Positions 38,064-47,455 of a stretch of 64,000 nt of DNA are shown here, one piece after another; position 1 is the stretch's first letter; each line of letters starts with the position of its first letter. The stretch is from Candidatus Latescibacterota bacterium. Lineage in GTDB: Bacteria; Latescibacterota; UBA2968; UBA8231. Under the pieces are notes generated by a model. That model ran no database searches. It was not told the DNA's origin and saw only the letters and a program-made list of their open reading frames with translations. The translations under genes were made by a program, and so were the position numbers. The DNA is taken from assembly GCA_965221775.1 (NCBI GenBank), contig CBDCSU010000006.1:800001-864000 (forward strand), in the 5' to 3' direction.

Positions 38064-38984
38064 CTACTCGAAGAGATAGCTGTCGTCGTACTCGGCGTTG
38101 CGCGCCGCCTCGATGCGGTGGAGTCGGGGGGTGAGCCGGGCCTCGAGCTGGTACCAGCGCTCGGCCTCCTCGGGCCGGCCGCTGCGGTCGAGGACGTACG
38201 CCAGGTTGTGGATCGCCGGCACGTGCAGGGAGTCGAGGCCCACGGCGGCGGCGAAGGCCTTGCGGGCGGCGGCCAGGTCCTCCAGGCGCAGGTGGGCGAC
38301 GCCCTCGGCGTAGATCACGTCGGCGTGCTCGCGCAGGGCGAAGGAGCGGTGGAAGAAGGCGATGGCCTGGCGCGGGTGGCCGGCCTCCAGCAGGGTCAGG
38401 CCGCGGGCGAAGTACGACTGCGACAGGGCCCGGCGGGCGCCGGGGTGGTCGGCCCGCCTGTCCACGAGGATCTCGAGATGGGAGATGGAGCGCCGGTAGT
38501 CCTGCACCCGGTGGTAGGCGACGCCGAGGTTGTAGCGGGCGTCGTCGCGCTCGGGGTCGAGGCGCAGGGTGCGCTCCAGGTAGCCGATCCCCTCGCCCTG
38601 CTCGCCGGTGGCGCACAACAGCGTGCCGAGTCCGGCCAGGGCCTCGACCATGGTGGAGTCCTGCTCCAGGGCCCGCCGGTAGTGCTCCTCCGCCTCGGCG
38701 ATGCGCGACTGGGCGTGGCGCACGACGCCGAGGTTGCAGTGCGCCTCGGCGTAGCCCGGCTCCAGCGCCAGGGCCTCCTCCAGCTGGCGGGCGGCCATGG
38801 CGTAGCCCTGGTCCTCGAAGTAGGCGTTGGCCAGCAGCACCCGCAGCTCGGGGTTGTACGGGTCCTTCTGCACCCGCTCCTTCTGGTAGCGGATGCGCTC
38901 CTTGGCCCAGACGTTGTAGCCCTCCTTGGCCGCCGCCGGCGCCGCCAGGCACAGGACGAGGGCGGCGGCCATCGCCCGGCTCAT
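38064..38984 (-). CDS. Exported tetratricopeptide-repeat protein
   Basis: Signal peptide; multiple TPRs (AEAHCNLG, EALAGLG, ARYNLG, AIHNLA). Confidence 0.85.
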   Translation of the reverse strand: MSRAMAAALVLCLAAPAAAKEGYNVWAKERIRYQKERVQKDPYNPELRVLLANAYFEDQGYAMAARQLEEALALEPGYAEAHCNLGVVRHAQSRIAEAEEHYRRALEQDSTMVEALAGLGTLLCATGEQGEGIGYLERTLRLDPERDDARYNLGVAYHRVQDYRRSISHLEILVDRRADHPGARRALSQSYFARGLTLLEAGHPRQAIAFFHRSFALREHADVIYAEGVAHLRLEDLAAARKAFAAAVGLDSLHVPAIHNLAYVLDRSGRPEEAERWYQLEARLTPRLHRIEAARNAEYDDSYLFE

Positions 38985-40270
38985 GGAGCGAACTTCTGGA
39001 TCCGGTTGTTGAAGGTGTCGGCCACGTAGATGTACCCGTCGCGGTCGCGGGCGATGCCGCCGGCCACGACCTCCCGGGTCACCCGCTCGCCCGTGGTCAC
39101 GTCGGCGAGCACGGTGGCCTCGCCGCGGAAGCGGAAGGCGGAGGGGCCGCCGCCCTCCCGGCCCCACCTCGTGAGGTACTCGCCGCCGCGGAAGACCTCG
39201 ATGCGGTCGTGGCCGCCGTTGACCACGAAGACGCGGTCGGTGGCGGTGTCGTGGGTGAAGTCCGTGGGCCGGTTGAGGAGGCCGGCGCCCCGGTCCTCCG
39301 GCGACAGCGGGTCGCGGCCGGTGACGCGCCCCACCTCGTTGCGTTCCACCGAGCCGTAGACCACGAGGCGCGGCGCCTGCCAGCCGGAGGTATCGTAGCC
39401 CAGGGGCTCCACGAGGGCGGCGAAGGCGCCGTCGTGGAAGCGCACGCTCGACACCATCAGCGGCGGGACGCTGTAGTGCTCGACGAGCTCGCCGTCGGGA
39501 CCGAGCTCCTGCAGGTGGCTGACGCTCTCCACGAAGAGGCGGTCGCCGTCGGCGGTGATGTGGCGCGCGAAGACGGTGCTCAGCGGCCGCGTCCACAGCC
39601 GGGCCCCGTCGGCCCCGAGCTTCGCCCAGCGCGGCTGCGGCGGGCCCCCCTCCACGTGGGTGTTGAAGACGACGTACAGGTGCCCCCCCGCGTCGAAAGC
39701 CGCGGACGCGGCATCGAGGGTGGCGGTCTCGAGGCAGGCGCTGGGCGCGTCGGTGTAGGGCCAGCGCCCCATGGGCCGGCCTTCCCCGTCGAAGCGCTCG
39801 ACCCAGCCGCGGCCGGCGCCGAGGACGTGGAGGACGCCCTGCTCGGAGAGGACGATCCGGGTCGGCAGGAAGCCGTCGGACAGGGACCAGCCGCCGACGC
39901 GGCGGTGGATGCCGCCCGGCACGGCCGGGCTCTCGAGGCGCAGCTCCTCCTCGTCCCCACGGGCGCGGAAGACGGCGGCCACGCGGTAGCGGTAGCCGCG
40001 GTCGGCCAGCAGCCCCTCGTCGACCCAGGCCGTGTCCCGGTGGCCGCTGACCGAGGCCACGACCTCGAAGCCGCGCCGGCCGGCGCGCTCCAGGTCGTAG
40101 CGCAGGAATCCCTTCTCCGGGACCCGGCCCCAGGCCAGCCGCGCGCTGGCGCTGACACTGTCGAAGTCGACGCGCAAAGCCGCCGGGGGAGCGGGGCGGG
40201 ACGGCCGGCCGAAAGGCAGGCTGCATGCGCCCAGGGCGGCCAGCAGGCAGAGGAGAGGGAGACGGCGCAT
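38981..40270 (-). CDS. Lipoprotein with Fn3-like domain and NHL-type beta-propeller
   Basis: Lipobox LAALGA-C; YRYRVAAV (Fn3-like); NHL-like LNRPTD, IYVADTFNNRIQKF. Confidence 0.75.
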   Translation of the reverse strand: MRRLPLLCLLAALGACSLPFGRPSRPAPPAALRVDFDSVSASARLAWGRVPEKGFLRYDLERAGRRGFEVVASVSGHRDTAWVDEGLLADRGYRYRVAAVFRARGDEEELRLESPAVPGGIHRRVGGWSLSDGFLPTRIVLSEQGVLHVLGAGRGWVERFDGEGRPMGRWPYTDAPSACLETATLDAASAAFDAGGHLYVVFNTHVEGGPPQPRWAKLGADGARLWTRPLSTVFARHITADGDRLFVESVSHLQELGPDGELVEHYSVPPLMVSSVRFHDGAFAALVEPLGYDTSGWQAPRLVVYGSVERNEVGRVTGRDPLSPEDRGAGLLNRPTDFTHDTATDRVFVVNGGHDRIEVFRGGEYLTRWGREGGGPSAFRFRGEATVLADVTTGERVTREVVAGGIARDRDGYIYVADTFNNRIQKFAP

Positions 40271-40420
40271 CGCGGTGGTTCCCATGGCAGGGGCCGCTAC
40301 GATAGCGGTGCCCGCATGGGTGTTCAAGCGGCTTCCCCCGCCCGTGGAACCCCCCGCGGACGACCCGTACTATTCGGCGCCATGGCCCCTGCCACGACCA
40401 TCGCCCCCGGAGAGGACCCC

Positions 40421-41788
40421 GTGAGCCGGGACCCCCCGCTCATGGTCAGCCACTCCGGCATCCGCGGCATCGTCGGCCGGTCCCTCACCGGCGAGACGGT
40501 GCGCCGCTTCGCCGCCGCCTTCGCCGCGCGTCTGCCGGCGGGGTCCCGTGTCGTCCTGGCGCGGGACACGCGCCCTTCGGGGGAGGACTTCGCCCGAGCC
40601 GCCGCCGAGGAGCTGCAGGAGGCCGGGTGCGCCGTCCTCGACCTCGGCGTCTGCGAGACGCCCGCCGCCAAGATGATGGTCCTCCTGCTGCCGGCCGACG
40701 GCGCCGTCATCCTCACGGCCAGCCACAATCCGGCCGGGTGGAACGGCCTCAAGCTGATCCGCGGGGACGGGATCTTCCTCGACGCCGAGGGCGCCCGCCA
40801 GGTGGAGGCGGCCTTCCGGCGCGGAGACCGCCGGCGGGCCCCCGGAGGGCGGCTGGAGCGCGTCTCCCGGGAAGAAGTGGAAACCCGCCTCCTCGAACGT
40901 ATCCTGAACGTCGTCGACGTCGATCTCATCCGGCGCGCCGGCCTGCGCGCCGCCGTCGACCCCTGCAACGGCACCGGGGCCCTCTTCGCGCCGCGCCTGC
41001 TCGAGGCCCTGGGCGTCGAGGCCGTCTTCATCCACGCCGAGCCCCACGGCCGCTTCGCCCACGACCCGGAGCCGGTCCCCGGGAACCTGGCCGACCTCGG
41101 CCGCGCCGTCGTCGACCACGGCTGCCACGCCGGCTTCGCCATCGATCCCGACGCCGACCGCGTCGCCCTCGTCGGCGAGGACGGAAGACCCCTCGGCGAG
41201 GACCTCACCCTGGCGCTGGCGGTGCAGGTGGTGACCCGGCGGCGCCGCGGCCCCGTGGTGACCACCCTCTGCACCTCCCAGGTGGTGAGCGACGCCGCCG
41301 AGGCGGCGGGCTGTCCGGTCACCCTCACCCCCGTCGGCGAGGTCCATGTCGTCGACGCCATGATCGCCGAAGGCGCGGTCATCGGCGGCGAGGGCAACGG
41401 CGGCGTCATCCTCACCGAGGTCGACCCCGGCCGCGACGCCGCCGTCGGTCTGGCCCTCGTCCTCGAGGCTCTGGCCGGAAGCGGGCCCTCGCTCACAGGG
41501 CTGGCCGCTGCCCTGCCCGCCTATCACATCGAGAAACGCAGGGTCGACGCCGACCCCGCGGGGACGGAAGGGGCCCTGTCCTGTCTCGCCGGGCGCTACC
41601 CCGGCGCTTTCCGCCACCCCGTCGCCGATGGCGGCAAGCTCTACCTGCGGGGCCGGCTCGAGTGTCCGTGGGTCCACCTGCGGGCGTCGAACACCGAGCC
41701 CGTGGTGCGGGTCATGGCGGAGAGCGCCGACCCCGAAGAGGCGGCGAGGTTGTGCGACGAGGCGGAGGGCCTGCTGGCCGGGGGGTGA
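40421..41788 (+). CDS. Phosphohexomutase (phosphoglucosamine mutase/phosphomannomutase family)
   Basis: SGIRG, ARDTRPSG, TASHNP, DPDADR, GGEGNGG, RASNTEPVVR. Confidence 0.9.
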   Translation: MSRDPPLMVSHSGIRGIVGRSLTGETVRRFAAAFAARLPAGSRVVLARDTRPSGEDFARAAAEELQEAGCAVLDLGVCETPAAKMMVLLLPADGAVILTASHNPAGWNGLKLIRGDGIFLDAEGARQVEAAFRRGDRRRAPGGRLERVSREEVETRLLERILNVVDVDLIRRAGLRAAVDPCNGTGALFAPRLLEALGVEAVFIHAEPHGRFAHDPEPVPGNLADLGRAVVDHGCHAGFAIDPDADRVALVGEDGRPLGEDLTLALAVQVVTRRRRGPVVTTLCTSQVVSDAAEAAGCPVTLTPVGEVHVVDAMIAEGAVIGGEGNGGVILTEVDPGRDAAVGLALVLEALAGSGPSLTGLAAALPAYHIEKRRVDADPAGTEGALSCLAGRYPGAFRHPVADGGKLYLRGRLECPWVHLRASNTEPVVRVMAESADPEEAARLCDEAEGLLAGG

Positions 41789-41789
41789 T

Positions 41790-42167
41790 TCAGGTACGCG
41801 TGGTGGGGAGCCGGAGGGGCTTGTCGCTGAGGCGCTGGTTCCGCGGCGGCTCGGCGGCGGCCTCGTCTCCGGCGATCTCGCTCCGGTTCTCCACCAGGTT
41901 GATCAGGCGCTCGACGCTGTCGCGGGCCCGGTCGGTGAAGGCCTTGCGGTCGGCTACCAGCTTGGAGAGCTCGGCGGCGATCTGCATGGCCGCCAGGATC
42001 GCCACCTGACGATGCCCGATGCCGCTTTGCTTGCCGGCGATCTCCTTCATCCGGGCGTCGACGTACCGCGCCACCGACTGCACCTCATCGGGATCGCCCG
42101 CGATGCGGTACTCCTCGCCGAAGATCTCGACGAGGACTCCCTGGACCTGAGCACTGCGTTGCGCCAA
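41790..42167 (-). CDS. zapA: Cell division protein ZapA
   Basis: VEIFGEEYRI, VARYVDARMKEI, VAILAAMQIAAEL; TTG start. Confidence 0.85.
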   Translation of the reverse strand: MAQRSAQVQGVLVEIFGEEYRIAGDPDEVQSVARYVDARMKEIAGKQSGIGHRQVAILAAMQIAAELSKLVADRKAFTDRARDSVERLINLVENRSEIAGDEAAAEPPRNQRLSDKPLRLPTTRT

Positions 42168-42240
42168 GCCTGACCGCCGCGAAGGGGGACCGAAGCAACA
42201 TCTTGATATATACCCCCTGCGGCGGGGCCCGGCAAGGAGT

Positions 42241-43296
42241 TCAGCCGCGCGGAACCTCCGGCACGGGATCGACGCCGCTGGCCCGCAGGCGCCGGGTCAA
42301 CGCCTGCCAGCGCCCGGCGCCGATGGGAATGCCTCCGGCCAGCCGCTGCGCGCGCACCTGGCGGGACCGGTCGCCGGGCACCCGGACCCGGTCCGCGGCC
42401 TCCGCCGGAGCCGTGGCGCGGGCGTCGGCGGCCAGTCCCCGCGCCGCCTCGGCGAGTCCCCCGCCGAAAGCCGCCGGATCGACGCCGAGGACGAAGAAGC
42501 TGCAGCCGTACGGCCCGCCCAGCTCCGTCACCGGGGGCACCTGGCGTCCGCAGGGGCCGCCCGCCAGACCTCCCGTCAGCAGGTCCACCAACAGCCCGAA
42601 GCCGTAGCCGAGGACCCCGCCCACCGGCAGCAGGGTGCCGGCCTTGGCCGCCGCCGGGTCCGTCGTCGGCCGGCCGTCGGCGTCCAGGCCGATGCCGGGG
42701 GCCAGCGGCCTCCCCTCCTCGGCGGCCTGGGTCACCTTGGCCGCCGAATGGCCGGTGGCGGCGTCGAAGACCAGCGGCTCCCCGCCGGCGGCGGGAGCAG
42801 CCCAGGCGATGGGGTTGGTGCCGTGCAGCCCCTCACGGCCGCCGTGTGGAGCCACCCTCGGCGTCGAGTTGGCCGCCGCGAGCGCCAGCTGGCCGCCCCG
42901 AGCCGGGGCCTCCACGTAGGTGGCGAGGGCGCCCACGTAGTTGGCGTCGCGCAGGGCCACCGCCCCGAGGCCGGTCTCCCCGGCTTTCTCCCGGGCCCTG
43001 GCCACGGCCCACCGCGCCAGGGGCGGGCCGAGGCCGTGCTGGCCGTCCACCAGCATCGTGGCCGCCGTCTCGCGGCGCACCAGCGGCCGGCGGCCGGGGC
43101 GCATCTGCCCCGAGTGGATGCGCTCGGCGAAGGTGCCCAGGAGGGTGATCCCGTGGCTGTCGACGCCGCGCAGGCTCGCCTCCACCAGGGTCTCGGCACA
43201 GACCCGTGCCTCCTCGGCCGAGACGCCGAGACGGCCGAGGACGTCGACGCAGAAGGCGTGGGCGGACTCGGGGGGGATGTGGTGGATGGCGGTCAT
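42241..43296 (-). CDS. Ldh_2-family (malate/L-lactate/ureidoglycolate-type) oxidoreductase
   Basis: ASLRGVDSHG, VDGQHGLG, GTNPIAWAAP, VFDAAT, GYGFGLLVDLL, VRVPG. Confidence 0.85.
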   Translation of the reverse strand: MTAIHHIPPESAHAFCVDVLGRLGVSAEEARVCAETLVEASLRGVDSHGITLLGTFAERIHSGQMRPGRRPLVRRETAATMLVDGQHGLGPPLARWAVARAREKAGETGLGAVALRDANYVGALATYVEAPARGGQLALAAANSTPRVAPHGGREGLHGTNPIAWAAPAAGGEPLVFDAATGHSAAKVTQAAEEGRPLAPGIGLDADGRPTTDPAAAKAGTLLPVGGVLGYGFGLLVDLLTGGLAGGPCGRQVPPVTELGGPYGCSFFVLGVDPAAFGGGLAEAARGLAADARATAPAEAADRVRVPGDRSRQVRAQRLAGGIPIGAGRWQALTRRLRASGVDPVPEVPRG

Positions 43297-43322
43297 TGCC
43301 CGGAAGGTCGACCTTTGGCCCA

Positions 43323-44315
43323 ATGAAGGCGATCGTCGTCGATGCGGAAACCCCGGGCCGACCCTTGCGCTGGACGGAGGTCCCCGACCTGGACAGGGGG
43401 CCGCGGGAGGTCCTCGTGGAGGTCCACGCCACGGCCGTCAACCGCGCCGACCTGCTGCAGCGGGGCGGCGGCTACCCGCCGCCGCCGGGGGCGCCCGAGA
43501 CCCTCGGCCTGGAGCTGGCCGGCGTCGTCACCGAGGCCGGCGACCAGGTCTCCCGGGCCCGCCCGGGGGACCGCGTCTGCGCCCTGCTGGCCGGCGGCGG
43601 CTACGCCGAGCGGGCGGCGGTCGACGAGCGGCTGCTGATCCCCCTGCCCGGGGATTGGGACTTCCCCCGGGCCGCGGCCGTGCCCGAGGTCTTCCTCACG
43701 GCGTACCTGAACCTCTTCGAGGAGGCGGGTCTGCAGTCCGGGGAGACGGTCCTCGTCCACGGCGGCGCCAGCGGCGTCGGCACCGCCGCCATCCAGCTCG
43801 CCCGCCACCAGGGCTGCCGGGTGCTGGCCACCGCCGGCACCGGGGCCAAGCGGGACCTCTGCCGCCGCCTCGGCGCCGAGCTGGCCGTCGACTACCGGAA
43901 CGGGTTCCGCGACGCCGTCGCCGATCACCTGGGCGCCCCGGAGGGCGGCGTCGACGTGGTCCTCGACGTGGCCGGCGCCAGCCATCTAAGGGACAACTTG
44001 GAGTGCCTGGGCCTCAAGGGGCGCCTGGTGCTGCTCTCCCTCCTCGGCGGCACCCGCGCCGAGATCGACCTGTCGCTTGTCCTGCGCAAGCGGCTGCGCA
44101 TCGTCGGCTCCCTGCTGCGGGCCCGGCCGGTGGAGGAGAAGGACCACATCATCAGCCGCTTCCGGACCCGCTTCCTCGGCGCCCTGGTCAGCGGCGACAT
44201 CGAGCCCGTCATCGACCGGGTGCTGCCCGTCGAGGAGGCCGGGGCGGCCCACGCCGTGCTGGAGCGCAACGAGAACCTGGGCAAGGTGATCCTGCAAGTG
44301 AGGGAGGACTCATGA
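43323..44315 (+). CDS. NAD(P)H-quinone oxidoreductase (PIG3/zeta-crystallin family)
   Basis: VNRADLLQR, LGLELAG, GGGYAE, HGGASGVGTAAIQ, GKVIL. Confidence 0.9.
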   Translation: MKAIVVDAETPGRPLRWTEVPDLDRGPREVLVEVHATAVNRADLLQRGGGYPPPPGAPETLGLELAGVVTEAGDQVSRARPGDRVCALLAGGGYAERAAVDERLLIPLPGDWDFPRAAAVPEVFLTAYLNLFEEAGLQSGETVLVHGGASGVGTAAIQLARHQGCRVLATAGTGAKRDLCRRLGAELAVDYRNGFRDAVADHLGAPEGGVDVVLDVAGASHLRDNLECLGLKGRLVLLSLLGGTRAEIDLSLVLRKRLRIVGSLLRARPVEEKDHIISRFRTRFLGALVSGDIEPVIDRVLPVEEAGAAHAVLERNENLGKVILQVREDS

Positions 44316-45424
44316 CTGCCACCGCACCGGCGGCCGCGGCCGCCACCCGTTACCCCGAGCTCACGGTCTCCGGCCCGCCGTCGGCCATGGGCGAGCAGAT
44401 CGGCGAGGCCCTGGGCGAGCAGATCCGCGGCTTCGACGCCATCGCCCTGGAGCGGGTGCGCCTGAGCGTCGACGTCTCCCGGGAGCGGGCCTTCGAGGTG
44501 GCGAGGCGCTGCATCGAGGACGTGCGCGGGTACGCGCCGCACATGCTGGCCGAGCTGGAGGGCATGAGCCGGGCCTGCGGCGTGGCCCCGGAGGCGCTGA
44601 TGCTGCTGCAGATCCGCAACCAGCTGCAGCCGGACTCGGGCCGGGGCCGCGGCATGGCGCCCGCCGACTCCGGGTGCACCGCCTTCGCCCTCAGCGGCGG
44701 CATCACCGGCGCCGGCGGCGTGGCCGGTCAGAACTGGGACAACGACCCGGCCCTCGATCCCTTCACCGTGGTCCTGACCCGGCGGCCGGACGACGCCCCG
44801 GCCTTCATGAGCGTCACCCAGGCGGGGCTGATCGCCTACCTCGGCGTCAGCGAGGCCGGCATCGGCGTCTGCATGAACACCCTGCCGGCCCCGGCCCGCC
44901 GCTACGGCGTGCCCCACTACTTCACCGTGCGCGGCATCTACGAGGCGCGCTCCCTGGACGAGGCGGTTGAAGCCGTCGACCGGGCGCGCCGCGCCATCCC
45001 CGCCAACATCCTGCTGTCGACCCCCGAGGGTCCCGCTGACCTGGAGGTCACGGTCGACGCCGTGCACGTCCTGCGCGACGACGACGGCGACGGCGTCGTG
45101 ACCCACACCAACCACTGCGTGCACCCCGACCTGGCGCCGATCAACCGCGACTTCCCCGAGCTCATCGAGTCCGGCCCCCGCCTGTGCCGCGTCGACGAGT
45201 TGCTGGCCGCCTGCCCCCGGCCGCTGACCCGGCCGCGGCTGCAGGAGATCCTCAGCGACCACCAGGACCACCCGCGGTCGATCTGCCGCCACCCCAACGA
45301 GGATCCGGTCACCGGCTACTGGAGCAGCGTCTGGTCGCTCATCGTCGAGGCCGGCGCCGGGCGCCTGCACCTGAGCCGGGGCAACCCCTGCGAACGCCCT
45401 TACGAGACCTACGAGCTGAACTGA
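44312..45424 (+). CDS. C45-family Ntn-hydrolase (acyl-CoA:6-APA acyltransferase-like peptidase)
   Basis: Autocleavage G-C in SGCTAF, GQNWD, HTNH, ICRH, GNPC. Confidence 0.85.
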   Translation: MTATAPAAAAATRYPELTVSGPPSAMGEQIGEALGEQIRGFDAIALERVRLSVDVSRERAFEVARRCIEDVRGYAPHMLAELEGMSRACGVAPEALMLLQIRNQLQPDSGRGRGMAPADSGCTAFALSGGITGAGGVAGQNWDNDPALDPFTVVLTRRPDDAPAFMSVTQAGLIAYLGVSEAGIGVCMNTLPAPARRYGVPHYFTVRGIYEARSLDEAVEAVDRARRAIPANILLSTPEGPADLEVTVDAVHVLRDDDGDGVVTHTNHCVHPDLAPINRDFPELIESGPRLCRVDELLAACPRPLTRPRLQEILSDHQDHPRSICRHPNEDPVTGYWSSVWSLIVEAGAGRLHLSRGNPCERPYETYELN

Positions 45425-46863
45425 TGGCCACACTCCACGGCACCATCGTCGACTCCCAGACCAACGAGCCCATCGACGCCAAGGTCCACGTCCTCGGACC
45501 GACGGGCGGCTTCCACCACCCCGCCGGCGCCCTGCTCAAGCGCGGTCCCGGCACTCCCTTCTTCTTCGCCGACGGGCAGTTCGAGGTCGACGTCGGCCGC
45601 GGCCGCACCGATGTGCTCGTCGAGCGCGGCACCGAGTACCGCCCCCGCCGCGTCACCGTGGAGACGCCCGAGGCCGGCGTCGCCGAGGTGGAGATCGCCA
45701 TCGACCGCTGGCACCACCCGCAGGACTCCAACTGGTACCCCGGCAACACCCACATCCACTACGACGAGAAGGAGACGCGCCCCGACGAGCGCCTCGGCGT
45801 CGACTGCTCGGTGGAGGGCTACAACGTCACCTGCGTCTCCGTCCTCGACCGGCGGCAGCTGCCGTACGCGAGCAACAAGTACCCCATCGGCGTGATGAAC
45901 GAGTTCACCACCGCCCATCACGTCCTCGACATCGGCGAGGAGAACCGCCACTACGGGGAGAAGTCACCCTGGGGCTTCGGCTACGGCCACGTCATGTTCC
46001 TCAACATCCGCAACCTCGTGCAGCCGGTGAGCCGCGGCCACATCCTCACCGCCCAGTTCGACCCCGACTACCCGCCCCTGTGCTTCTGCTGCGACGACGC
46101 CCGCGACCAGGGCGGCCTCGTCATCTGGTGCCACAACGGCCGCGGCATGGAGGCCCCCGTGGCCGCCGCCCTGGGCAAGCTCGACGCCTTCAACCTCTTC
46201 GACCCCTTCTGGATGGACCCGGAGTACGACCTCTGGTACAAGCTCCTCAACTGCGGGATGCGGCTGCCGGCGTCGACGGGGACGGACTGGTTCGTCTGCT
46301 CCAACAACCGCGTCTACGTGCAGGTGGAGGAGGAGTTCAGCTACGCCGCGTGGATCGACGGCATGAAAAAGGGGCGCACCTACGTCACCAACGGGCCGGC
46401 CGTCGACATGGCCGTCAACGGCGCCGGCCTCGGCTCCACCCTGTTGCTCGACGGCGGCGGCCGCCTGGAGGTGGAGGTCACCTTCGACTCCCACTACCCG
46501 GTGGTGGCCGCCGAGGTGGTGGCCGACGGGGAGGTCGTCCACCGGCAGGGGTTCCCCTCGGGCGAGAGGACGGGATCGGTGCGCTGCGAACTGGCCGCCG
46601 AGCGCGACGGCTGGGTGGCGGCGAGGCTGTGGGGCGACGCCCGCGACAGCTTCGACCAGGCCGTGTACGCCCACACCAGCCCCACCTACTTCACCTGCGC
46701 ACGGCCGCCCGAGGCGCGCCCCGGCGACGCCCGCTTCTTCCTCAACTCGATCGACGAGTCCCTGAGTTGGATCGATTCGGTGGGCCGCTACGACAACGAC
46801 CGCCAGCGCGAGGAGGTGCGCGAGCTCTTCCGGCGCGGGCGGGAGGTGTTCGCGGGACTGTAG
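45424..46863 (+). CDS. CehA/McbA-family PHP-type metallohydrolase
   Basis: ERGTEY, GNTHIH, GEENRH, GHV, WCH, WYKLLNCG, STGTD, GRTYVTNGP, AHTSP. Confidence 0.82.
   Translation: MATLHGTIVDSQTNEPIDAKVHVLGPTGGFHHPAGALLKRGPGTPFFFADGQFEVDVGRGRTDVLVERGTEYRPRRVTVETPEAGVAEVEIAIDRWHHPQDSNWYPGNTHIHYDEKETRPDERLGVDCSVEGYNVTCVSVLDRRQLPYASNKYPIGVMNEFTTAHHVLDIGEENRHYGEKSPWGFGYGHVMFLNIRNLVQPVSRGHILTAQFDPDYPPLCFCCDDARDQGGLVIWCHNGRGMEAPVAAALGKLDAFNLFDPFWMDPEYDLWYKLLNCGMRLPASTGTDWFVCSNNRVYVQVEEEFSYAAWIDGMKKGRTYVTNGPAVDMAVNGAGLGSTLLLDGGGRLEVEVTFDSHYPVVAAEVVADGEVVHRQGFPSGERTGSVRCELAAERDGWVAARLWGDARDSFDQAVYAHTSPTYFTCARPPEARPGDARFFLNSIDESLSWIDSVGRYDNDRQREEVRELFRRGREVFAGL
46768..46863 (+). repeat. Direct repeat copy 1 (functional 3' end of the CehA/McbA gene)
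   Basis: tggatcgattcggt...gtgcgcgagctcttccggcgcgggcgggaggtgttcgcggg..tgtag, repeated at 47339-47431. Confidence 0.9.
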
Positions 46864-46882
46864 GGGCCGTGATCAGGTAGCT

Positions 46883-46911
46883 TTGACGGGCCCCAAATGG
46901 ATGTCTACGCT
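46883..46911 (+). promoter_or_regulatory. Sigma70-type promoter inside the cassette
   Basis: TTGACG-N17-TACGCT. Confidence 0.55.
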
Positions 46912-46942
46912 ACCGGAGTCACCCCTCGGGAGGAAGCACAAG

Positions 46943-47062
46943 ATGAGGCAGTATCAGAGAGAGAAGCGCTGTCTGGTGACGGTGTGTCCGTCGTCGACCG
47001 GGGCGCACCGGGCGCTCCCGGGGCGGTCGCCGGCAAAGGGACCGGACGAGGTGGCCCCATGA
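46943..47062 (+). CDS. Possible 39-aa small ORF
   Basis: GGAGG RBS; MRQYQREKRCLVTVCPSSTGAHRALPGRSPAKGPDEVAP; stop overlaps the next ATG (ATGA). Confidence 0.35.
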   Translation: MRQYQREKRCLVTVCPSSTGAHRALPGRSPAKGPDEVAP

Positions 47063-47331
47063 GCGCGGAAGCGATTGCGATCGTGGCGGCGGCCGTCGGC
47101 CTGCTGGCGGTGCTGGTTCCCCTGCAACTGGCCATCCGGGCCGACGTGGCAGACCTGCGGCGGGACATGCGGGCCGACTTGGGCGACCTGCGTCGCGAGG
47201 TCGCCGACGTGCGGCGGGAGCTGGCGGCACTGGCCGAACGCCTCGCCCGGGTTGAGGGCGCCCTGGGCTGGAGGGCGCCGGCCGCAGGTGGCGAGCCTGG
47301 CGACGGCGACCCGGAAGGGCGGCCTGCATGA
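47059..47331 (+). CDS. Small membrane-anchored coiled-coil protein, 90 aa
   Basis: N-terminal hydrophobic helix, then heptad/hendecad repeats ADVADLRRDMRADLGDLRREVADVRRELAALAERLARVEG; GAGG RBS. Confidence 0.7.
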   Translation: MSAEAIAIVAAAVGLLAVLVPLQLAIRADVADLRRDMRADLGDLRREVADVRRELAALAERLARVEGALGWRAPAAGGEPGDGDPEGRPA

Positions 47332-47338
47332 GTTGGGC

Positions 47339-47431
47339 TGGATCGATTCGGTAGGCCGCGTCGACACGGACCGCCGCGAGGCGGTGCGCGAGCTCTTCCG
47401 GCGCGGGCGGGAGGTGTTCGCGGGGTTGTAG
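47339..47431 (+). repeat. Direct repeat copy 2 (degenerate duplicate of the CehA/McbA 3' end, including the stop codon)
   Basis: Encodes WIDSVGRVDTDRREAVRELFRRGREVFAGL versus WIDSVGRYDNDRQREEVRELFRRGREVFAGL in copy 1. Confidence 0.9.
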
Positions 47432-47455
47432 GAGCTGCGGCCCGTTCTCAGGCGT

